From Bacteroidales bacterium (lineage in GTDB: Bacteria > Bacteroidota > Bacteroidia > Bacteroidales > VadinHA17), in NCBI GenBank assembly GCA_017882305.1, contig JADGPU010000001.1, positions 7,789-71,788 of the forward strand: a DNA stretch of 64,000 nucleotides, written 5' to 3'. Position 1 is the stretch's first letter. Each line of letters opens with the position of its first letter. Made by a program: the position numbers and the translations under genes. Below, piece by piece: positions 52,908 through 59,707 of the stretch. The notes below the pieces were generated by a model. The model was not told where the DNA came from. It was given only the letters and a program-made list of their open reading frames with translations, and did not search any database.

Positions 52908-54109
52908 ATCTGACTATTAAAAGTGTTCTTTATTTCATTAGTCTTCTTTGCTGATTCATTAATCAATTCATTAGCGTTCATTATTCTTTCTCCTGAATTT
53001 ATATCATAAGCTACAGCCATCCTTTCGGTACAACAGTAACAAGGATCAACGGCTGCAAGGGAAATTGTGGCATCAGCAATTGTCTGCCCGATACACGATT
53101 TTTTAAATGTGGCAATATTGACATAGCTGGGAGCCCTTATCTTATGTCTGACCGGAGAACTGGAACCATCTGATTGCACAAAATGGAATACTTCACCTCG
53201 TGGAGCTTCAGCACGGCCATTCCCAATACCTTCAGGTATCTCTTTCACTTTAATTGTAATATCACCCTCTTTTTCTTTATTAAGACCATCGAGACATTGT
53301 TCAATTATTGAGATTGATTCATACATCTCAAGCAATCTGACCTCTGCTTTAGCAAAAACATCACCGGATTCTGCTGTTATCACTTTCCAGTTAACAAGCG
53401 GATAGGCTGCATACGGATCATCTTTACGTACATCAATAGCCACACCCGACGCACGCGCAGTTGGTCCAACTGCACCATAATCAATAATATCCTGCTTTGT
53501 AAGAATACCAACCCCTTTGGTTCTGGCATGAATTACCGGATCATCCATTATTGCTCCTGTCAGTAAATCGGTCTTTTTCTTAATATCATCCAGAACCTTA
53601 TGAATAGCAGGAATTTTAATCGCTTCAATATCTCTTCTGACGCCACCCACCCTGAACATTGCATAGCTGTTCCTGTTTCCTGATATCATCTCAAAAAGAT
53701 CGAGAACAGGTTCACGATATTTCCATGCCCACATGAAAACAGTATTATAACCCAGGAAATGTCCTGCAAGTCCAACCCAGAGGAGATGACTGTGAAGACG
53801 CTCCAGTTCACCGATTATTGATCTTATATATTTTGCCCTGTTTGTAATTTCGATATCTGCAATTTCTTCGACAGCATTAGCAAAAGCAAAAGGATGAGAA
53901 TTTGAACATATACCGCATATTCGTTCAACAAGGAAAAAAATCTGTTCGTAAGTTTTTGATTCACTTAGTTTCTCTATACCACGATGATTATATCCGGTCT
54001 CCCATTTTATGTCTTTTACAATCTCACCGTCACAGTAAAGCTTGAACAATTCTGGTTCTTCCTGAAGTGGATGATAAGGTCCGATCGGTATGAGTGTTTT
54101 TTTGCTCAT
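52904..54109 (-). CDS. Group-4 [NiFe]-hydrogenase large subunit (MbhL/NuoD-like)
   Basis: N-terminal RICGICSNSH and C-terminal DPCYCCTER supply all four Ni-Fe Cys ligands. A 38-aa tail follows the C-terminal motif. Confidence 0.92.
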   Translation of the reverse strand: MSKKTLIPIGPYHPLQEEPELFKLYCDGEIVKDIKWETGYNHRGIEKLSESKTYEQIFFLVERICGICSNSHPFAFANAVEEIADIEITNRAKYIRSIIGELERLHSHLLWVGLAGHFLGYNTVFMWAWKYREPVLDLFEMISGNRNSYAMFRVGGVRRDIEAIKIPAIHKVLDDIKKKTDLLTGAIMDDPVIHARTKGVGILTKQDIIDYGAVGPTARASGVAIDVRKDDPYAAYPLVNWKVITAESGDVFAKAEVRLLEMYESISIIEQCLDGLNKEKEGDITIKVKEIPEGIGNGRAEAPRGEVFHFVQSDGSSSPVRHKIRAPSYVNIATFKKSCIGQTIADATISLAAVDPCYCCTERMAVAYDINSGERIMNANELINESAKKTNEIKNTFNSQI

Positions 54110-54128
54110 AATGGATAATCTCCGTATA

Positions 54129-54566
54129 TTATTTAAACTCTTTCCTTAAAGGATAAACACCTTCAGCCCAGTTGCCTTCCGAGATAAGTTTTTCCTGGTT
54201 GGGGTGATTCAGAAAATTTATCCCAAGAAGCTCGTGCATCTCCCTTTCTATCCAGTTTGAAGCATTGAACATGTTCGAAAGTGAGGCAATCTGTGGATTA
54301 CTCCTGTCAAGCACCACATGTACGTTCAGTATAAGTCCTGAAATATCTTTACTGAAATGATAATGAATCTCAAACCCTCTTTTAGTATGTAATGCTGAAG
54401 CAATAATAAACCTGAACCCAGCTATCCTGTATAAATATTCGGCAACATTTACAATTGAATCCGGATTGACAGTAATAATCATCCGCTTCTGATTCTTTAC
54501 CCTTATCTCCAGAATGTCAGATTTGAATTCCTCTTTGAATTTTTCTATGGTCAACTCTGAATCCAT
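54129..54566 (-). CDS. NuoC/MbhK-like subunit
   Basis: 145 aa with NWIEREMHELLGINFLNHPN. Confidence 0.85.
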   Translation of the reverse strand: MDSELTIEKFKEEFKSDILEIRVKNQKRMIITVNPDSIVNVAEYLYRIAGFRFIIASALHTKRGFEIHYHFSKDISGLILNVHVVLDRSNPQIASLSNMFNASNWIEREMHELLGINFLNHPNQEKLISEGNWAEGVYPLRKEFK

Positions 54567-54574
54567 TTTATATT

Positions 54575-54988
54575 TTATGAGTTCTGTACAAGCTTAATAA
54601 TACCGGCAATAATAGCTTCGGGTTTAGGTGGACATCCCGGCACGTAAGCATTAACCGGAATTATTTTATCAACAGGACCTGCAAATGTGTAGCTTTCAGT
54701 AAAGTATCCTCCTGTACAACCGCAAGCACCAATTGCAACAACCAGTATAGGTTTTGGAGCCTGGTTGTAAACCTCTATCAGTCTCTCCTTATCACGCGTA
54801 TTTATTGAACCATTGACAAGCAATACATCCGCATGCCTGATACTTCCGACCAGCAAAATTCCAAAACGTTCAAGATCGTGTCTTGGTGTTAGGCAATCAA
54901 GTATCTCAATATCACAATTATTGCAGGAAGCTCCTCCAAAATGAAAGACCCAGAGAGATTTTTTAAAGCAATAATTTTTGAAACCCAC
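54575..54988 (-). CDS. Hydrogenase small subunit, NuoB/MbhJ-like
   Basis: GGASCNNCDIE, IGACGCTGG and PGCPP ligate the proximal 4Fe-4S cluster. The likely GTG start at 54988 comes just after the upstream stop; the track ORF extends to 55054. Confidence 0.85.
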   Translation of the reverse strand: MGFKNYCFKKSLWVFHFGGASCNNCDIEILDCLTPRHDLERFGILLVGSIRHADVLLVNGSINTRDKERLIEVYNQAPKPILVVAIGACGCTGGYFTESYTFAGPVDKIIPVNAYVPGCPPKPEAIIAGIIKLVQNS

Positions 54989-54999
54989 GTTAATAAATT

Positions 55000-55932
55000 T
55001 TAGTAGCCAAATGCAATCAATACCAATGCGATGATGGCAATCAGGTTCATCCACACAACGAAGAAGCTGATAGCCTGCTTAATCTTTACCCTTGGATTTG
55101 TGTTCCGTATCAGAGTCAGGATTAGTACTACGGCAAAAATCTTCAGTAATGCCCATAAAATATGAATTCCCTCAAACCTGAAGCCGTTCATTAACAGCGC
55201 AACCAGAAAAGCAGGGAGGATAAAAAACATGATATATTTTGTAAGCTTTATCATTGCGTAAGCTGCACCGGAATATTCAATGAAAATCCCTTCAGTAATT
55301 TCAGCCTCTGCTTCAGGCATATCAAATGGTACAAGTGCCAGTTTTGCCTGGATGCAAAAAATACCTACAACGAATAGTAGTACTCCTGAAATACTACCTA
55401 TGAACGGAGATCCTGCCTTTTGTGCCTGTATAATTGAATATAAATCAAAATGTTGCCCACATTTCATAATGATCCCGGCAATAAACAGGAGAAAGGTCAG
55501 CTCATAACTTAGGATTAGTTTCATCTCTCTTGATCCGCCGACCGCAGCCAGAGGATTGCCGGAAGCGAGTGCACCTATAATATATGAGAATGAAGGGATA
55601 GTAAGGAGGTAAAAAATTACTATCAGATCACCCCTGAATCCTGTCGTGATATTCAGCAGGGGAAGGAGTATGAATACCCCTGCCATAGTCGCGCCAAATA
55701 CTGCAAAGATGGGAGCAACGAGAAATATTAACGGTGATCCATGTTTAGGCAGTATTGTTTCCTTGACTAATAATAATTTGAAGAAATCGTAGAATGGCTG
55801 TAATATTGGAGGCCCATTGCGAAATTGTACCCTGGCAGTTATTTTCCTGTCGAACCACGAAAGGAATGCTCCCGTTACTGCTGCAAAGAGCAGTCCGGGG
55901 AAGACAAGAAAATAAAAGAGATTAACTGCCAT
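55000..55932 (-). CDS. NuoH/MbhM-like membrane subunit
   Basis: 310 aa with FDRKITARVQFRNGPP and 8 predicted TM helices. Confidence 0.88.
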   Translation of the reverse strand: MAVNLFYFLVFPGLLFAAVTGAFLSWFDRKITARVQFRNGPPILQPFYDFFKLLLVKETILPKHGSPLIFLVAPIFAVFGATMAGVFILLPLLNITTGFRGDLIVIFYLLTIPSFSYIIGALASGNPLAAVGGSREMKLILSYELTFLLFIAGIIMKCGQHFDLYSIIQAQKAGSPFIGSISGVLLFVVGIFCIQAKLALVPFDMPEAEAEITEGIFIEYSGAAYAMIKLTKYIMFFILPAFLVALLMNGFRFEGIHILWALLKIFAVVLILTLIRNTNPRVKIKQAISFFVVWMNLIAIIALVLIAFGY

Positions 55933-55943
55933 ATTACTGGTAT

Positions 55944-56441
55944 TTAATGTTTTTCAGTGATATATAAAAGATCTCTTACAAGTACTTTTTCATTAAGGCA
56001 ATAAATATTCTTATCCGGAGATTCATCTTCATCAGTAAGAGTTACTGTTCCCACAGGACAAGCCTTGATGAATTTTTCCATCTCCTTTTCATCTTTCAGA
56101 TCATAGAAGAGGTCTTTATTCCTGTGGTGTTTAAAGAAATCAGTCATCATTGTTCCGAAGGGACAAATTGTAACACACGATTTGCATGAAACACAAAGAT
56201 TTGTATATCGTACAACGATTCCATTTTCATCTTTTTCCAGGGCATCTGCAGGACAAACGCTGATACAGGGGGCATCTTCACATTTTCTACATGTAAATCT
56301 GAAAGTAGCAAGCTCACGGATTGTCTTTAACCCGTTTATATTAAGTGTCGGATAGAAATAAGCCTCAGGTACTGCAGTACTTGAGTCTTCAATCATGGCT
56401 GAACGCAGCTTGATCATATCTATCAGGATCTTACGGGTCAT
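55944..56441 (-). CDS. CooF/HycB-like 4Fe-4S electron-transfer protein
   Basis: CRKCEDAPCISVCP, CVSCKSCVTICP, and a third Cys group CPVG. Confidence 0.8.
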   Translation of the reverse strand: MTRKILIDMIKLRSAMIEDSSTAVPEAYFYPTLNINGLKTIRELATFRFTCRKCEDAPCISVCPADALEKDENGIVVRYTNLCVSCKSCVTICPFGTMMTDFFKHHRNKDLFYDLKDEKEMEKFIKACPVGTVTLTDEDESPDKNIYCLNEKVLVRDLLYITEKH

Positions 56442-56495
56442 TTTATATACTTTTAAAAAGAGCTGTATGCCATTGTTTTTACGTTAATTAATTTA

Positions 56496-56951
56496 TTATA
56501 AAGTCAACTGGTTCATCAACTGGAACCTTGTATCGCTCAGACGGTAAGAAATTGTCTGGGCGATTTTTGACATTGTTTTAAACCCGAATTCACAGTTTTT
56601 TTCAAACTCCAGAATGAGTTTTTTAGAGTCAATAGCCATGACTTTTGTAGGGCATGTGGCTTTTACCCAGGCTGTTGAGATGTAAGGGCTGAAAACTGCC
56701 GACCATGAGAAGAGCTGACCCTCCTCTAATGTGCCGAGATGGATTCTCTTTTCCTTAGCCAGGCTTATTCCCAGTGATAAACATCCGGTAAGCAATACAT
56801 AAATCTCGTTAAGCTCATCATACTGTTCAAACAAAATATCTTTTACTTTGAATTCTTTTATGGAGCTTATACCAATAAATATATTCAATTGTTTATCCGT
56901 ATAATTGTCAAAAAACCTGACATTTTTCAAATCATTAATTGTAAGTTCCAT
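56496..56951 (-). CDS. Cyclic-nucleotide-binding-like domain protein without a DNA-binding domain
   Basis: 151 aa with a Crp/FNR effector-domain beta-barrel pattern (FEQYDELNEIYVLLTG, GTLEEGQLFSWSAV). No HTH follows. Confidence 0.7.
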   Translation of the reverse strand: MELTINDLKNVRFFDNYTDKQLNIFIGISSIKEFKVKDILFEQYDELNEIYVLLTGCLSLGISLAKEKRIHLGTLEEGQLFSWSAVFSPYISTAWVKATCPTKVMAIDSKKLILEFEKNCEFGFKTMSKIAQTISYRLSDTRFQLMNQLTL

Positions 56952-57008
56952 AGTCTGTTAAATATTAATTTTAAAAAGAACGAGATAATATGTTGAATTC
57001 TGATATGC

Positions 57009-57836
57009 TTATTTCCATATTTCAGGATTATGTTTTATCTCATTATATGTAAAAACAGGGCCGTCTCTGCAAACGAAGAATTCACCCATCATACAATGCC
57101 CGCATTTACCTAAGCCGCACGACATGTTCTTTTCCATCGAAAGGTAAATCTGATCATCTTTATATCCCATTTCCAGTAGTCTGATAGTTCCGAATTTCAT
57201 CATGACCGGTGGGCCACAAACTACAGCAACAGAATTCTCTATATTAATTTTGATTTTATTAAGAAGAGTCGTTGCAACTCCTACTGAACCATCCCAGTCT
57301 TCATCTGCTTTATCTACAGTACGATATGCTTCAAACTTTTCTGTCCTGTTTAACCGGTCAAAAAGGGGTTTGTAGATACAATCGGAAGGAGACTTGGATC
57401 CATAACAAAGGATAACCTTGACCAGTTTATCTTTAATACTTTCGAGCGCATAAAGAAGCGATCGAATGGGAGCAAGACCGCAACCACCACCCAGGATTAG
57501 CACTTCTTTGCCAAAGAACGATTCGACAGGATAACCTCTTCCATAAGGACCTCTTATTCCCATATAAACTCCGGGTTTCAGCATATGCATATACTCTGTA
57601 ACGTATCCTGTTTTCATTACAGTAACTTCGAGTTTTTCTGTAATCAAAGGTGAAGAAGAGGGTGTAAAGGGAGCTTCCCCTATTCCATCAACAGATAATT
57701 CGATAAACTGACCAGTTTTAAAAGAGAACTTGTTTTCAGGTACCATTACAAATGTTTTAATAGATGGTGATTCCTCAATAACATCTGTAAGCCTTGCCTT
57801 TATAGGACTGTATATGTTCCTGTCATCCTTCATCAA
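57009..57836 (-). CDS. FAD/NAD(P)-binding + [2Fe-2S] oxidoreductase (AsrB / sulfhydrogenase-gamma / PyrK-like)
   Basis: FTPSS (RxxS-type FAD site), GGGCGLAPIRS (NAD(P) site), and a C-terminal CGLGKCGHCMMGEFFVCRDGP. Confidence 0.85.
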   Translation of the reverse strand: MMKDDRNIYSPIKARLTDVIEESPSIKTFVMVPENKFSFKTGQFIELSVDGIGEAPFTPSSSPLITEKLEVTVMKTGYVTEYMHMLKPGVYMGIRGPYGRGYPVESFFGKEVLILGGGCGLAPIRSLLYALESIKDKLVKVILCYGSKSPSDCIYKPLFDRLNRTEKFEAYRTVDKADEDWDGSVGVATTLLNKIKINIENSVAVVCGPPVMMKFGTIRLLEMGYKDDQIYLSMEKNMSCGLGKCGHCMMGEFFVCRDGPVFTYNEIKHNPEIWK

Positions 57837-58831
57837 TGGCTATTTTCAAGTTCCATAAATATTTCGTTTTTATTGATCTTTCCTATACAGGCTTCAATGC
57901 ATCTGCCACACCCCGTACAAGCGAGGGAACTGAATTTTCCGGGTTTCCATACATATTTGCACATGTATCTGTTTCTAAATCGATTGTGAAGTTCATACAA
58001 TGCATCTTCTCCTCCTGCAACCCTTTCAAATCCTGGATACTGGCATGCATCCATTTGTTTTACCTTCTCAAAACCTGGCTTGTCAATAAGAAGAAAACAC
58101 GTACATGTCGGGCAGATTGTGGTACAGGCTCCGCAGGAGACACACCTGGCAGAATATTTTTCCCATATATCACCTTTCGCGCTCGTCGTGAGATCACCCG
58201 TCTTTTTATAATCAGGCAATCCTTTATTTGATTTTGTAAGCAACGTTTCTGTTGCAAGATGTTCCTTTTCAATTACCGCAATTAAATTTTTATCTACCTG
58301 TGATGTAAATGCAGGGATCTTCCTGACAAACTCTTCCCCTTTTACGGACAATATTCTCAGCACAATTGTTCCATCAAGGTTTATAACTGCCAGGTCAGCA
58401 TGCTTTTCAGAATATGGCTTAACGTTATATGATAAACAGTGGCAATGTTCCTGAATTCCAAAACAATCAGATGCTATAAGAAGAGTGTTCTCGCGACGCT
58501 TCGAGTAAAATAAATCACTAAACTCCTTGTCGAGATAAATATCGTCAGGAAGACATAGTCCTTCAATATCGCAATTGGGGATACCAATAATGATCCTTGG
58601 CTTTTCCTCAGCCTTCATGGATGATACATTTTCTTTAACAGGAAGAAAGAAGCTTTTAAGTGGGGTAGACGGTTTAGGTTTATTATAGGTAATTTTTGCA
58701 ATATCTTCAGACCTGATCAATTCATAATCAATGCCAAATTCATTCTCAACACTTGCAAAAATGGTATAGGATAACAACAAATGCTCTAATGTCTTATCCC
58801 ACTCTTCCTTTTTTATGCAATTATACTGCAT
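57833..58831 (-). CDS. 4Fe-4S protein (AsrA / sulfhydrogenase-beta-like), first gene of the operon
   Basis: CVSCGACTTICPTCTCF and CTGCGRCIEAC. Confidence 0.8.
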   Translation of the reverse strand: MQYNCIKKEEWDKTLEHLLLSYTIFASVENEFGIDYELIRSEDIAKITYNKPKPSTPLKSFFLPVKENVSSMKAEEKPRIIIGIPNCDIEGLCLPDDIYLDKEFSDLFYSKRRENTLLIASDCFGIQEHCHCLSYNVKPYSEKHADLAVINLDGTIVLRILSVKGEEFVRKIPAFTSQVDKNLIAVIEKEHLATETLLTKSNKGLPDYKKTGDLTTSAKGDIWEKYSARCVSCGACTTICPTCTCFLLIDKPGFEKVKQMDACQYPGFERVAGGEDALYELHNRFRNRYMCKYVWKPGKFSSLACTGCGRCIEACIGKINKNEIFMELENSH

Positions 58832-58838
58832 TTAATTT

Positions 58839-58856
58839 ATGTGAGAAGTTTCACAG
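58839..58856. promoter_or_regulatory. Candidate Rex operator; the minus strand reads CTGTGAA-ACTT-CTCACAT
   Basis: Contains TGTGA-N6-TCACA, with 11/14 half-site match to TTGTGAA-N4-TTCACAA. It lies 8-25 nt upstream of the ATG at 58831. Confidence 0.6.
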
Positions 58857-58857
58857 A

Positions 58858-58865
58858 TAAAATTA
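58858..58865 (-). promoter_or_regulatory. -7-like box, TAatTTTa
   Basis: The minus strand reads TAATTTTA, 1 nt before the palindrome. The placement matches that at 10029 and 14816. Confidence 0.4.
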
Positions 58866-58935
58866 AAATCTAGTAAAATAAAATCAACAGACATTTTATC
58901 TGTTTTTACTGTTTAAATATTAACAAAACACGTAT

Positions 58936-58950
58936 TTGATTGTATATCAA
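58936..58950. promoter_or_regulatory. Palindrome TTGAT-N5-ATCAA in the divergent hydrogenase/rex region
   Basis: ttgattgtatatcaa. Confidence 0.35.
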
Positions 58951-59021
58951 TATTATAAAAATATATTTTTAATTAATAAATTATTAATTAACTTGCAAAT
59001 TGAAAATATAAAGATGAATTG

Positions 59022-59039
59022 ATGTGAAACAAATCACAA
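59022..59039. promoter_or_regulatory. Candidate Rex operator, ATGTGAA-ACAA-ATCACAA, overlapping the rex start codon
   Basis: 12/14 half-site match to TTGTGAA-N4-TTCACAA. The GTG start of rex is at 59024. Confidence 0.5.
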
Positions 59040-59707
59040 AAAACATCATTAAAAACAGTCTGAAAAGGATTTTTCTTTACAGGGCATGCCTTGTGAGGCT
59101 AAAATTAATGGGAGTTGAAAAAGTCTTTTCTTATACTCTTGCAAATGAAACAGGTGTCACCTCTGACCAGGTAAGAAAAGATTTTTCTGAATTCTGTATA
59201 AAGGGAAATAAGCGTGGCGGATATAATATTAATGATCTGCTTGAAAAGATGGAAAAGTTATTCCACCGCAACAAAGATAATAATATTGTGCTAATCGGCA
59301 TGGGGAATATGGGTCTTGCACTTTCGAAGTACAGTAAATTTGTACAGCGTCATATGAATATTGTTGCAACCTTCGACATTGATCCTTTCAAACAGAAAAT
59401 GAGATCCGGTATACCGGTATATTCAATGAGCCGTTTGAAAGAAATCATTGACAGGTTCAGTGTTAAAGTGGCTATCGTTGCCGTACCTGAGATTTCTGCC
59501 CAGGAAGTTACCGATGAACTTATTCGGCATGGCATATCCGGAATAGTGAATTTTGCACCTGTACTATTAAAAGTGTCGCCGGATGTGATCATAAATAACG
59601 TAAACCTTTGCGATGAACTTGAAAGCGTTATTTATTATGTTCATAAACAAATTAAAGTTAATGGACTTAAAAACCTGGAGCTATTATACAGGGATATGAA
59701 ATATTGA
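59024..59707 (+). CDS. rex: Redox-sensing transcriptional repressor Rex
   Basis: N-terminal winged helix (LKRIFLYRACL...VTSDQVRKDFSEF...KRGGYNI) followed by a Rossmann fold (VLIGMGNMGLAL). Confidence 0.9.
   Translation: MKQITKNIIKNSLKRIFLYRACLVRLKLMGVEKVFSYTLANETGVTSDQVRKDFSEFCIKGNKRGGYNINDLLEKMEKLFHRNKDNNIVLIGMGNMGLALSKYSKFVQRHMNIVATFDIDPFKQKMRSGIPVYSMSRLKEIIDRFSVKVAIVAVPEISAQEVTDELIRHGISGIVNFAPVLLKVSPDVIINNVNLCDELESVIYYVHKQIKVNGLKNLELLYRDMKY

Noticed and set aside
52904-54109. The alternative reading that the complex is an Mbx/Mbs-type sulfane reductase or a complex-I-like derivative rather than a hydrogenase.
   Set aside because: Both CxxC pairs for the Ni-Fe site are intact. In addition, a maturation protease and hypFCDE are adjacent.
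54989-55054. A 22-codon N-terminal extension of the NuoB-like ORF, overlapping the NuoH-like gene.
   Set aside because: Family homology begins around KKSLWVFHFGG. A GTG start at 54988 lies just after the upstream stop, although the exact start remains uncertain.
56955-56972. CTGTTAA-ATAT-TAATTTT, considered as an internal Rex site between the AsrB-like and cNMP-domain genes.
   Set aside because: Only the left half-site matches. The right half has 4/7 matches and is simply AT-rich sequence.
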